Assembly: GCA_043228905.1 (NCBI GenBank)
Contig: JBHGNT010000001.1
Span: 33,790,001 to 33,854,000, forward strand
Source of the DNA: Azolla caroliniana
Lineage: Eukaryota; Plantae; Polypodiophyta
Direction: 5' to 3'
Length of the DNA: 64,000 nt
This document shows positions 28,797 through 42,000 of this stretch, one piece after another. The position numbers were made by a program, and so were the translations under genes. The notes under the pieces were generated by a model, which was not told the origin of the DNA, did no database searches, and was given only the letters and a program-made list of their open reading frames with translations. Each line of letters begins with the position of its first letter. Within the stretch, counting starts at the first letter, position 1.

Positions 28797-28995
28797 GTTT
28801 GTCGCTCCTTCCTGAGCACCACCTATAGAACTCGTTTTACCCTCTTGCTATATTGATGGTTAGAGACATCGTGGGATACCCCCCCCTATCAAATTTATGT
28901 TTGTCTGTCGCTCCTTCCTTGGCACCACCTAGAGTACTTGTTTCACACTGTTTGTTGGTTGATGGTCAGAGATGTTGTGGGATTACTCCCCTCCA
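28797..28995. repeat. Two-copy ~107-bp diverged tandem duplication
   Basis: tgtcgctccttcct..gcaccaccta...ttgatggt.agaga..tgggat repeated at ~28800 and ~28906. Confidence 0.7.
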
Positions 28996-29923
28996 TCATT
29001 GGTATGTCTACTTGTAAAACTCCTCCAATTGGATGTTGAGTGAACGAGGAGCGTTCATCCATTGGTTCCGTCATAATTGTCGATGGGAGATGAGCTGTGA
29101 GATCACAATATATGTGCCATATTTGCCATTTATCTCCTTTTCGCTAAGGTACACAGTTGCTCTCATCGCCGTGTACCATGTTTTTGCTTTTTCTTTAATA
29201 CCGTTTATCAAGACCCCACACTTTTGTTGGAAATTTGGGGACGACGACTCTACCATGTACATAGGCAAACACTTATGGAGCTAAACAACCCCATGATGGT
29301 TAGGGACCACATGGAAAAACATTCACCATCCTAATATCCCATATAATACAAGCATGGATCTCAACTGCAAGTGAGATAATCATAGACGAATTAAAGACAA
29401 GCACATGTGGTAGTTTTTTGAAATTTTATTCCGGGCAATGACTTTTGTATAAACATTGTGGAACATCACCCACAAAAAATATCCTTGGATCGTGCTAACA
29501 TCCTCTATGCAAATTTAGTAGGGAGGAGTGCATAAGTTGTGTTAGAATGCTTAAATAACATGTTAAGCTTACAATGATATGCATATCACTCTCTTTCATT
29601 CTCTTGTGAAGGTTACTCTATTTGCATGGATACATATCTTACACATGAACTAACTATGTGTGACCATTGGACAAATACTACTAAAGACTAGTAGGTTGGA
29701 GAAAGCTACACTTTGAAAGCAAGCTATGCCGATAATGTGGGAGGGAAATATAGTAAGACGATAGATATTACATTAGCAAATGTGTTGTTTATCGTTGTTT
29801 GTTCCAAGAGGGTTTTGAAAGTTTGGACCATTGTACCATGACATAGAAGAACATTTACAGAAGAAGGCAGAGACAGGGTAGCAAAACAGAGACATACATA
29901 CATACATACATACATACTGAGAG

Positions 29924-32900
29924 ATGAAGATCTTACGGCCTTTACATTTGCTACATAGAATATCTCCATCGATATGTCTATTGCCATCATATTATCTTAA
30001 TCTGGAGGACTTCCATGTGTTCAAGCTAGCTCAGGGCTATGCCAATAGTGGATTTTGTGGGTCCTCATGTAGAGGATGGATTTTTAGTAGAAACATGCAC
30101 ATAGACTCACACATGAAGACACCTTTAGGCGATGGCATCCTTGATGAACTCACGTATACACAGGCATTTGATCATACTGGCTGCGTTCATGAAAGCCATG
30201 ATGAATCGGATGATATCCTTGATGAAGAATGCAGTGATGATGAGGAGATTTTCAGTTTAACAACCCATGAAAACAGAGCTGATTCTGATGACTTCCCAAA
30301 ACCTGATTTTCGCAATGTGAACACAAGAAGCGATTTTTGTGAAGAAATACGGATTAGTGATGATGCGGGCTTGCCACTTATGCCTAGAAGCATGCTAGAT
30401 TTAGAAGTAGAAGATGTGATCGTGGCTGAATTTAGTGACTCGGGCCAATCTCTTTGGAGGAGATTCAAGGAATCAGCTACAAAACCGGGTCAATTCCGAT
30501 GTAAAGATGTGATAAAATCTTGGATTTCGGAAGGAAATGTAGTTTCACGTCCTGCTTTAACCTATACCATTCTAGTCTTCCGGAGCTGGAATAAGAACAA
30601 ACGAGCATTGGAGGTGAATCGTTTTAATAGAATTTGACTCAGTTATTTTGCTGAATGTACGCAACTCTTTTTATTTTTTGGATTGCATGTATAGAGAGAG
30701 TATATTCAATAAAGCAGAATGTAGCATTAGAGATTTTTGTTTTTGTTTTGAATACATACACGTCCATATCCTTTTCATATTGAGGAAATAATATGAGAAT
30801 GCATCTAATGTGGTTCTAGGTATAGGAAATTTACTTTGGGATGGGAATCTTCAGCTTTCAATTGAATATGAGTCCAAATGTTTGTCTGCAGTAACTGGGG
30901 TGCGAAGAATGCCAGTGTGACTTGCAATGAGCGTTGATTCTATGTATTCCTTAATGTAGTAGTTCTACCTATTTGGAATATTCCTTAGTTCATCTACAAA
31001 GTCTGGCATTGGAGAGATTTTTGGCAGTTTGATCATTGGAGTATAGCCTAACCAATCGACAGGGCAGTATAGACTGTTGCAAACAGTCTTGGAATCCAAA
31101 ACAGCTTCAACAACTGGGCTATCAACAAATTAGTTCTATCCTAGAAATTAAATAATTGAAATCGTAATTTATTCAATTGGGGTCCTTAACCTGACTTGCG
31201 AGAATACATATTTTTCCCTTTTCTGTGTTTGCTTTATTACAAGCTATACATGTTTTACCCTTGAATTGATATTCTAACCTGCTATATAACTAATGTTTAG
31301 CATGAGCACAGTTTCATTGCAAGTCTTGCAATAGGAGATCATATTATATTGGGATTGTTATATTTTATGCCACAATTGAAGAGATAAAAAAGGAGCTCAA
31401 CATTGAAATGCCTTTATTACTCTTTGCATTGTACTGTCTAGAATTGCAATCCCATGACGGTACTTCTAATTCAACTCTTATCAGCTCCTTTACTTTGTTA
31501 TTTGCATGGCAACACATGATCACCCATGATCAATGGTGCCGTTGATGTAATGAATCACCTAGTTTGTGCATAAATTAATTTAAGACACCAACTGCATGAG
31601 CCATATCTGGTCTCATCAAAGTCAAATATATTAACTTTCAAACACTTTTATTGGTATAGTCTAGTATAGTATCCTTAAGCATAGAACCAGACTCCAAGTT
31701 TACATTTGCTACCATATGTGTGGGAATTTGCTTGCATTCATGCATTTGAAACTCGTTCAGCATATTGAGTGTCTATTGTTTCTGAATTAAAGTATTTATC
31801 CGCCTGATTGATCATATGGGCTCATATAAAGCTGCGTTTATCTGTAGTTTTTGTCAAGCGAGCTCCATCTACAAGGCGTGTAGGCTAGCTTTCGAAATAG
31901 AGATTTTATATAGAACTACTATTATGTTACAACTTTCTGATCTTCGTAACTTCTCTTCATGTAACTGATTATAACTACTGCTCCTATTCACTACTTTTTA
32001 ATATTTTACGATGTCTACTCTCCTAGCTTAACAATATTAGCCAGCTGCACATTACTAACCAGCAGAAAAGTAAGAAAAATTTGAGAATACGTATGTCATA
32101 GAGATGATTTTTGGAGTGCCTACCTTTCTGTAGGACCCCTTGTATGTCATATTTTATTTTTAGCACTGCAATCAAATCATACACTGATAATAATATGCAT
32201 CTGGATATGTTTTCAATATCATGAAAATTATGCATCTGGTGATGAATACTGTTATATGAAGCCCGTTTTTTACTTTGTAGCTGCCTTCTTGCATATTTAT
32301 TGATTTTTTGTTAAGTAGCAGAGATGTGCAACTAGTATATCAGTCACGTGTTTAATATGATTGATCGATCTCAGTTTTCAAAGTTAGCCTTGATAGTCAT
32401 ATTTTGTTATTATAGCAATCATGATCCTGGTCTCTTTTGGATTTCAGATTCTTGATTGGGTCATGGAAGAAAAACCTTATGAATTTCTAGAGATGGATCA
32501 TGCCATTCATGTGGACCTCATTGGCAAGATTAATGGTGTTACCTCAGCATCAAAATATTACACACAAATACCCCCCGCATTTCAGACGACCATGATTTAT
32601 AGTGTCCTACTAGCAGCATATCTTGAGCGTAATATGGAAAGAAAAGCTGAAAGACTACTTGCAAGAGCGGTAAATATGGGTTTGAGCAATCAGGTATTCT
32701 TATATAATCAGATGGTGCACTTCTATAAGGGGAAAGGGAAAATCAGTGTTGTTGCTGCCTTGATGAAAGCTATGGATATCCATGCTGTAAAGGCTGATTT
32801 GTACACATACAACATGATACTTGACCTTAGGGCAAGGAAAGGTGATGTTGTTGGTATGCGAAATGTGTGGAAGTTACTAGAAAAAGAAGAGAATCTGAAG

Positions 32901-33701
32901 CCTAACAGTGCATCTTATGCCATACTTGCCAGGGGTTATATCAATGCTGATTTACGTGGAAAGGCAGAGACTGCAATAAAACTTGTTGAGTCAAGTCCTT
33001 ACAAAAGCAGGAAAGTGGTATATAGATGGCTTCTCAAGCTTCATGCACAAATGGGAAGGGAAGATGAACTTAAACGAATTTGGGACCTCCTTACAAGATC
33101 TTTTGAAGTCCTCGTAGATGACTATACCATCATGATTGAATCCCTAGGAAAGGCTGGGGAAATTGAGAGAGCAGAAGAGATGTTTAAGGAAGTTGTTAAC
33201 ACTCTAGGCATTAAAAGGCTTCATCAGTATAATGCCCTTCTCTCCATATATTTGCATAACGGGATGCTTAATAAAGCAGAGTCTCTCGTAAAAAAGATGT
33301 TAGAATACTCCTTCAGCCCTGGCCCATCGACTTACCACCAACTTATTAAGATGTATGTTGGTGGTGATGATGCAGAGAAAGCTATGGCTACATTCAAGGA
33401 GGCTCAACAAGCTGGGAGAACCCTTTCTTCTCGCAAACCATGGTATGCAACATATTTGCTCATGCTCGAGATGTTTGGAAATAAGGGTGATATTGAAAAT
33501 GCTGAAACAATCATGAAAGACCTTCGAGATGCAGGATATCCCCGTGGCTATAAGATGTATTGTGCCCTGGTGAAGGCTTACGTAAAGGCAAATGTGACAC
33601 CTTCAGGATTTCTTGATAGAATGCGGGCTGATGGAGCAATTCCAAACTCACATATCAGAAGTGAGCTTGGTAAGATCAATAAAACAATAGATGTGTTCTA
33701 A
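29924..33701 (+). CDS. P-class PPR protein, probably mitochondrial (resembles the At1g80270/PPR596-like group), 2 exons: 29924-30613, 32448-33701 (~647 aa)
   Basis: Exon 1 has a targeting-like N-terminus and an acidic region, ending RALE|gtga. The acceptor ttcag at 32447 gives ILDWVMEEKPYEFLEMDHAIHVDLIGKINGV, followed by ~35-aa P repeats (YSVLLAAY, YNQMVHFY, TYNMILDL, QYNALLSIY). The start codon is uncertain. Confidence 0.85.
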
Positions 33702-35952
33702 AGACAATTTCGTTCATGTCTTTATAGACTTAATTTTAAGCACACATCTTTTACAACCATTGGCTGATAGTTTTGACGTATCAAAGCTTAGGGATTGGTT
33801 ATTTCAAGGCAATGAAAATAAAGATAACCACTTATATTTCTAGATTTTGGCTGTAACCCAATCAAGTCTTTTTGATAATTCTGATGCTTTGCAGCATCAA
33901 TGTCTTACAGAGCAGTGGCATAGAAATTTTGTTCCCAGATTGAAATTAAAGACTGTCAGTTGAAAGGTTTTCTGTAAAGAACAAGTTACGACGTTTTTCT
34001 GCTGTTGGATGCACATAAGATGTTCAAGCTTGGCCATCATTGTATTGTACTGTTTCCCTTGTCATCAAAAGGTTCTAACAAATGATTCATTCTGTTGTCT
34101 CGTGTGTACATATTTGAGAACAGAAGGGTCATTCTCTACTTGTTTGCTTCTCTATCGTAAATGAGTTGTATCAATTTGTTTTCAAATTCATATACTTAAC
34201 ATGACAGTAAACTTCCTGTACAATCATTTCAAACAAATGATTACATCTAAATTTTTGTTCCAAGCAAACTTAAACATATTGTATCTGACTCAGGCACTAA
34301 CTTTGTGTTTGGTGTATGCGATATACTATTGATTGTGCATATTTTCTCATTCACTTGAAGTATTCAATGTAAACTTTAAACGCAATGATCCAATGTAAAT
34401 TGATACACATGGAAAGTGTGCAAAATGATCAGGAATGGAAAACGTTTTGGCTTAAAGTCATATGGAAATGTATGTTTGTCCAGAAAGAAGTGCCAATCAT
34501 TGAGTAAGTTAGGCCGTTCTTCTAGTTGCCACATTAGATGATTGGATAGTTACTAACAGATGATAGGTAAGAGGGCTACATTAGCTCACTCCAAGTTTGT
34601 CGTATTTTAGTTAACAAATATCTCAGGTTATTTTGTCAATATGCCTTTGGACTGAGAGATTGATGTTGACAAGAATGAGAATTACTACTTAATGAAACTT
34701 GGGATCATATTTGGATTTCTTGAGAATTTCCCATATAGCAGTGTGGTACCTTGCAATGTGCAACATAAACACTACTTTTTATTTGTTTTTTAATTTTTAT
34801 TTGAATATTGTTGATGATGGGAGACAGTACGTAATATACTCAAATGCTTGGCAAACATTCTTCTTCATACAAATGCAAACGAATGCGTATGTTATCAAAA
34901 CATTCGTATGTATTTTTTTTACACCTTTTGCCTTAACTTTCTTGTCATAAATTTTTTTACCTTATAATAAATAATGAATACAAAAGTATGGTATTTACCC
35001 AATCTCGAGGGTGTTTACCATACTCAAAATGATTGAAACATTCTCGAATGCGAATGCACATTTTGTACGTATAGTTCATATTATGAGATTTGGAGACTTT
35101 GTTGCTGATTTTAACCATGAAATTTGTGGCATCATCTAGAATCAAAACTTTTTATTTATCATAAAAGACTTATTTCAATCTTATTAATGGGAAACTCGTT
35201 CTTACTATAAAGTTGTCCTAGGATTTTGAATTAAAGCCTACATATGTTCAACTGTGCCTCGTCCACTCTCCTACATGAAAATAGACCCCGCATCTTTAAC
35301 TAGTTCCTCTTTTCTTAAGGTTTACTAACACACTGTGTGAAGGAAAGTCTGTAATGACCAACACATTTTATGAATGACACATTTCTTGGAGGTACAGTTA
35401 ACAATTCATGACTATTAAGTTGACAAAATGATTCACAAAAATATATAACCAGTAAACACAGACCTTAGTATACTTTGGAATAGTTAAACCATCAGAAAGT
35501 TCACACGATGATATACACAAAGTAATATAATCAGTGAACAAAGCCCTTATTACTGTGCTGACCAGAACCATATAATCAGTAAACGCAACCCTTATTGTTA
35601 CATAAGCCGTAAACACAGCCCTTTTCTGCTTTGGTAAAAGAGGTTCTGTATATCGAAATAGGTACACCATCAGAGAGTTCATGCAATGATTACCTAACAT
35701 AATATGTGCTATGACCACTTCTCAACAAACACTGATATTCTATTTCATCAGTATTGCCTATGCTTTGAATAATGTGTTTATTGTACATGCACAAAAGCTA
35801 TGGACACATCATCATAGTTTTATGTATATGAAATTCTTTGAACAAGCATTATCAGAGTGCATCATTTTCTGGCAAATCATCATTGGTTTAGGGTTTCACA
35901 TATTTTGGCCAGACAATACAAAGTTGGACTCCTGAATGATAGAAAATTGCAC

Positions 35953-37362
35953 TCAAAAGAAGGGAACAAGCTCTATAGCCTGGAGTGCCATATGTTTAAT
36001 GACATCAGGTCTTTGTTTCCCATATAATCTGACACTTTCGTCCATAGCAAGCTGTACCAATACACTTCTATAAGCTGGCTTTGTCGATATTGTGGCTAGC
36101 ATAACCGCCAATGTCAATGTGCGAAGAAATCCAGGCACTGTTTCTTGCATTGCGATAACAACCTCCATTGCAGTGGAATTTGCAAAACTATCAGGTTCCT
36201 TGAAATCTTGTGTATATCCTGCAGTAAGAAAATTCGCCAAGAAGCCATTTGAATATCCGCCCAAGATCCATTGCTTCTCTTGTTTTGACAAACTAAGTGT
36301 ATCAAGCTTCTTCATCAACCTATCAAAGACAAGAGCAAGTTCCTTGCTACCTGAAAATGATCCCTGTGCTCTTGTGGTGGCTACTGAATAGACTTCTTCA
36401 GCTGCCTTATCATAATGTTCAAGATAAGCATCTGTGATATCCCTCAACTCTTTCTCTAAGGATCGTTCCAAGGTGCATCTTTTGCACTCACAATGGAAAC
36501 CTCCTCCTGTGCGTTCAAGTACTTTACCTCTCTTCCTCAATGGTAACATACAATCAGTGTAACAAATCGTTACCTCTTCTCGAGCTTTCATATCCCTAGC
36601 AGCAATAAAAACCATAGTTTCTCCCACCAAAAGCCGACTTGTATTGGGACTACAAGAATGGTTTATAAAAGAAGGAAGCAACCACAATGCATTAATCTTT
36701 GTTTCAGGTTCATTCATATTCTTATTCACAATTCCCATTTTTCCCGAGAAAGAATTGGTCTGAATGATATGCTTGATGCGGTCTTCATCAAAAACAATAT
36801 TTTCAGCCGGATCAAAAAGCTCAACATCTGGAATTTTTAGATCAAAAAGCTCAATTTTGGGCACATCCAAAAGCATAGAACTCTGATGATCTAATCCTCC
36901 AGCCAACGAATATAGTTGCCGAATAGCTCGAGGGGAATTCTTAACAAAAGCTGCGGCCTTATTATACATCTTTTCATTGTTTTCGTCATTGTAAGATGCA
37001 GCGAATGCATTGCTAGCTATTAGGATATCTCCAACAGATACATCTCTTGTGAGGAAGAGTCCTCGTCCTCGTCCATCTTGCGTTCGACCAATGCGCAAGG
37101 GACCAATAAAATCCGAGATTTTAGGCGCTTTCGTCCAATCAGACCCATTGAGAAGATACTCCGATAGGTCGATCACACATCGACATGTAGAAGAAACAGA
37201 GGAATACAATGAAGAAGAAGAAGAAACAGAGAAGGAATAGTACCTGGAGGTTTTTTGAGAGCTTGGTGTTATAGTTGTGAAGCTCAAATTCTTAGCAGGT
37301 TTTGTGAGGATGAAGAACAGGGTAGGACTACTTGTGAGAAGAAGTGAGCTTCTTCGAAGCAT
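35953..37362 (-). CDS. Intronless SET-domain lysine methyltransferase (SMYD/ATXR1-SDG35-like) with transit-peptide-like N-terminus
   Basis: 469-aa ORF. SET-N motif GRGRGLFLTRDVSVGDILI, SET-C motif LWLLPSFINHSCSPN...RDMKAREEVTICY, post-SET FHCECKRC. The first ~60 aa are Ser/Thr/Arg-rich with no acidic residues. Confidence 0.9.
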   Translation of the reverse strand: MLRRSSLLLTSSPTLFFILTKPAKNLSFTTITPSSQKTSRYYSFSVSSSSSLYSSVSSTCRCVIDLSEYLLNGSDWTKAPKISDFIGPLRIGRTQDGRGRGLFLTRDVSVGDILIASNAFAASYNDENNEKMYNKAAAFVKNSPRAIRQLYSLAGGLDHQSSMLLDVPKIELFDLKIPDVELFDPAENIVFDEDRIKHIIQTNSFSGKMGIVNKNMNEPETKINALWLLPSFINHSCSPNTSRLLVGETMVFIAARDMKAREEVTICYTDCMLPLRKRGKVLERTGGGFHCECKRCTLERSLEKELRDITDAYLEHYDKAAEEVYSVATTRAQGSFSGSKELALVFDRLMKKLDTLSLSKQEKQWILGGYSNGFLANFLTAGYTQDFKEPDSFANSTAMEVVIAMQETVPGFLRTLTLAVMLATISTKPAYRSVLVQLAMDESVRLYGKQRPDVIKHMALQAIELVPFF

Positions 37363-37375
37363 TCTGTTGCTTCCA

Positions 37376-37495
37376 GTCGGTTAGGGTTAGTTTGGGGTTT
37401 GGGTTGGGTAGAAGAGAAACGCAGATTTCTAGGGTTTAACGCTCCTTGGAAGATCAGAGGTTCCTTAGGGTTAGGGATAGGGGGTTTAGGGTTCA
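37376..37495 (-). promoter_or_regulatory. Cluster of telo-box-like motifs (AAACCCTA/AACCCTAA) upstream of the SET gene
   Basis: On the + strand: ttagggttag (37381), ctagggttt (~37429), ttagggttagg (~37465) and ggggtttagggtt (~37481). Confidence 0.45.
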
Positions 37496-38199
37496 AATAT
37501 TATCTCATGTCTTACAAAGTCTTAGCTACAAAAGAGTGTTAAGATTCAGTAGCATATCAAGGCTTGAAACATTGTCTTTGTTAGGGAGAAACTTGGCATG
37601 CCTCTTGGCTTAAATTGCACCTAGACTTCATTTCCATGATGATTAGAACCCCCCAAATAAGTATCACACTTAGTGCCGTGTTTAGGCCATAGGTATAATT
37701 AGTAAAGAGCCTAAAGAGGTACTAGTACTCCGTGATCATAGTGGTTAATGCATTGTACTTGACTCACTGAGTTTTTAGAGTATTACTAGTTTAGTTGCCA
37801 TTGAGAAAGGGGAGAAATTCAATTGATAGAGTTAGAAAATTTACATGCATGTCCACGATGATCCAAGATCATTTGAGACATCTCTTGGGCATTTTGAAGT
37901 TTTTACTGGCTTATTATCTTGCTTATGAGCCTTCTATCACTTCTACTTTGTTTAAGAATTCATATATTTGCTCTTTGAAAGAAGAAGAAAGGGTTTCACG
38001 CTTTGTGTTCATGTATAGATTTAGAGTTTACACCTATGTAGATTTGACCATATCTCATTCTAACTATGTCCACTCCCATGATACCATACCATAATACACT
38101 ATTATTTGCAATCACAAGAGTAATTAATCTCTTCACATGCATCCCAAGCTACATACCACCTAAAAGGTTAGGATAATAAGATACTCCCATGTCGTGGTT

Positions 38200-38890
38200 T
38201 CGTAGAATCCCTTTTTGAAGTTGTCAAACATTTAAAGGGAATTCAAGACTCGTTGTACCCTCAAATCTCATAGAGCAAAGCATTGGTTAAATCAAGTGTA
38301 GAAAGATAAGATTTTAATCAATGTTATCATGAACACAATCTTGTTACATGTCAAAACCCATGGCATGGATTATCATAAGCCCACTGATAAGCTAAGCAAC
38401 AAGTCTACAAATCCTAGACTTAATAATATAATAACAAACTTGTGGACAAAATTAACTAGACAAATTGCCACAAAAACAAACCAACTAAAGGACGAGTGAT
38501 TGAACTTTTCTTTACTTCTAATAGGGAAAACCAATCATTAGGGTAACATTTCAAGGAATACTAGAGCAATTATAGTCTCAAACTTCCTTAGCCACACGAC
38601 CAATTGCATAAAAATAAATAAAGAGATGGATGGGGGAAAACTCCTTAGACTTGGGTTTAAATGGAGTGATTAGTAGGGACTTCTTCAAAACATGTGCCAA
38701 AACAAGGCAAATTGATGATATTTGTCCACATTGATCTAGATGAATGGATTTCTAGAAAGATGGAGGAGACATTCATCCTCTTAATAGGTGCAAGAAACAT
38801 TCTTTTGTGTTTGCATTATGATGCCTTGGTTTTGTCCTCCCTAACATTCGGGATATTCATCGAAATACCGCCTAGAGTTTGAATCTTTTA
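38200..38890 (+). mobile_element. Possible decayed non-LTR (LINE) reverse-transcriptase remnant
   Basis: ORF 38694..38882 contains HIDLDEWI...ILLCLHYDALVLSS, which resembles the degenerate RT motif xLLYADDLVLxS. The surroundings have many stops. Confidence 0.25.
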
Positions 38891-39079
38891 TATGAATACT
38901 CCTCTATTTCACTCACTATATATTCATATACCATGGCGAATGCATAACAGAACAGGGGTGACTAAACATGGTATTTTCTACATGTTATCATTGTTCCTTT
39001 GTGGGTTCTCTCCTCACATTGAGATTTCCCGCTCCATGACTATAAATTCTATGGGAAAAGGCTAATATACAGGCAGAGA

Positions 39080-42000
39080 ATGCAGTATGTTGTGTCAACA
39101 CCCCCAAGGCTATTACAACCTCAAAGAAACAGATACAGTAGCAGAGCTAGCAACTTCAGCCATGTACAAGAGCCACATAATGAGTCATTCTTCTCGGATG
39201 ATCCTTCTCACTACACAAGACCACACGTCATGCCAAAAACCTTCAAAATCACCACTTTCCATGGAATTCATCAAGATCAACAGGTATGTTCATCCATCTC
39301 AACTTCCTCTGGTGCTAGTCATGATAGTGAAGGTATTATTCAGAGCTTATGCCATCAAGGAGAGCTTGATAAGGCTATGGACATGCTTTCTGATATGCAT
39401 TCACCTCCCCATGATAACACCTACATTGCACTACTTAGAGCTTGCTATAAAAGCAAGGGCATATCTCATGCCAAGAGAGTGCTTAATCTTATGAAAAAGC
39501 ATTATACCTCAGTTTCTGGCTTAGTTGGTGACTATTTGGTTGTGACTCTTGCAAAATGCTTGGCTCTTGAAGATGCTTGGAAGGTATTTTGTATATTGCC
39601 GCGAAGAACTGTGTTCTCATGGACAGCAATCATTTCTGCGTATGTGGCATGTGGACGAGCTGAAGAAGCACTAGGTATGCGAAAACTTATGCATTTGGAT
39701 GGTGTAGAGCCCAATAGCTATACCTTTGTGAGCTTTGTTAAAGCTTGTGGAATTTCAAGAAACTTAGAACAAGGCAAGGAATTGCATGATGAAATCCGTA
39801 GAAAAGGCTTGGCTTCAGATGTATTTGTTGGGAGTACACTTGTAAGCATGTATGGAAAGTGTGGGGCTGTCACAGAGGCTGAGGTTGTATTTTCTTCGCT
39901 CTGTCAGCGCAATATTGTGTCATGGAATGCAATGCTTGCAACTTATGTCGAACAAGGTGAAGGGGTAAAAACATTGTCATTATTTAGACAAATGCAAGAG
40001 GATGGCGTAGGCATTGATCGACATACATTACTTTTTTCCCTTCAGGCATGTATGGCCCTTTCTGGAGATGGGAAATTTATAGCGGTTGATAGAAGAAGAT
40101 ATATACATATGATTCTTGAACTTGCACATGCTTTACATGCAGATGCAAAGAGGACAGGCTTCTCATCAGATGTGTTTGTTGGAAGCACACTGGTTAGTAT
40201 TTATGGAAGACTTGGTGCAATTTCTGAAGCAGTTCATGTCTTCTGTGCATTGTCAAAACGCAATGTTGTATCATGGACTGCGATTATTTCAGCTTATGTT
40301 GAGGTTAACCAAGAAGAGAAGGCTCTGCAATTATATTGGCAGATGCAAACAGAAGTTGTTAGTCCAGATAAGCTGGCTGCTGTAGCTGTCTTTCAAGCTT
40401 GTTGCTCCCTTGCAGAGAAGACTGAGCCAATTGTAAACTCCAGACCAAACAAAGGCATAGCCCTAGAAATCGGGCAAGCTTTAAGAGATGATACTTGCAC
40501 TAACGATTTCTCATCAGATGTGTTTCTCAATTCCTCCCTTCTGAATATGTACAGCAAGTGTGGTGCCATTCTGGAAGCTGAGTGCATGTTTGGTGCATTT
40601 GCCCAACCCAATATTGTCTTATGGAGTACAATGCTTACACTATATGTGGAGCAAGAGGAAGGAGAGAAAGCGTTACAATTGTACATGAAAATGAAAGAAG
40701 AAACAGTGGATCCTGATGAACAGACTATCGTTTGTGCCCTTCGGGCAGTGTGCATTCTTGCAGAGAGTGAAGAAGCTCTTGTTGGTGAAAGATGGCCGAT
40801 CAAAGTAATTTGTCTGGAGATAGGATGTGGATTGCATGCAGATGCCCGAAGAAAAGGATTAGCATCTGATATCTTTGTTTGTAATACCCTTGTAAGTATG
40901 TATGGTAAGTGTGGGGCTCTTGATGAAGCTGAACAAGTCTTTGGTGCCATGTCTGATCGCAATGTTATATCATGGACTGCCATGATTTCGGCATATCATG
41001 AGCATGGACAAGGAGATAAGGCTTTACAACTTTATGCACAAATGCAACATGAATCTATACATGCAGACCAGTTAACATACATGATTGCACTTCAGGCATG
41101 TGGAATCCTCGCAGAAAAGGAAGAAGCATCATCAGCATTGAAGGAGATATCTTATAAAATAATTGCTCTAGAAATCGGGCAGCTATTGCATGAAGATGTC
41201 AAGATGAAGGGGTTTGGATCGGATGCATTTATTGGAACAGCTCTTTTGAATATGTATGGGAAGTGTGGAGATATTATTGAAGCGGAAAAGGTATTTGAAA
41301 CATTGGTTACACATGATGTTGTGTCCTGGAGTGCAATGCTGTCAGCATACATTGACCAGAATGAGGGTCAGAGGGCATTACAAGTGTACAGGCAGATGCA
41401 GGAGGAAAGGCTATGCATAGACCAGCTTACATCTATTATTGCCCTCCAGGCTTGCTCCATTATAGCAGAGGGTGATGAAATGCCAGTTCCCACTGGGATG
41501 TCAAGAAAAACATTTGCTTTGGAAATTGGACGAGCACTTCATGCTGACGCTCGACGAAAAGGTTTTGCATCAGATCTTTATGTTTCAAACACTATTCTGA
41601 ACATGTATGGCAAGTGTGGAGCAGTTTTGGAAGCAGAGCACGTGTTTAATCTAGCATCTGAACGCAATACAGTCTCGTGGAACACTATGATTACAGTGTA
41701 TGCTGAACAAGGTGAAGAAGAGAAGGCATTACGATTATTTGAAGAAATGCAAAACCAGTGTGTTGATTACGATGATGTAACCCTTATATCAGTCCTTAAG
41801 GCCAGCAGTTTGACAGGCAGCTCGAATATCTGTAATGAGCTCCATTTTGACATCATTTGTGCTGGATATGAACTGGTTCCTTCTGTTGCAGCCTCTATAA
41901 TTCATGGATATGGGAGTTGTGCAAGAATGGTGGATGCACATGCATGCCTTGATGAACTGATTCAGCCTCATCTTGCATCCTGGAATGCCTGCATTATAGG

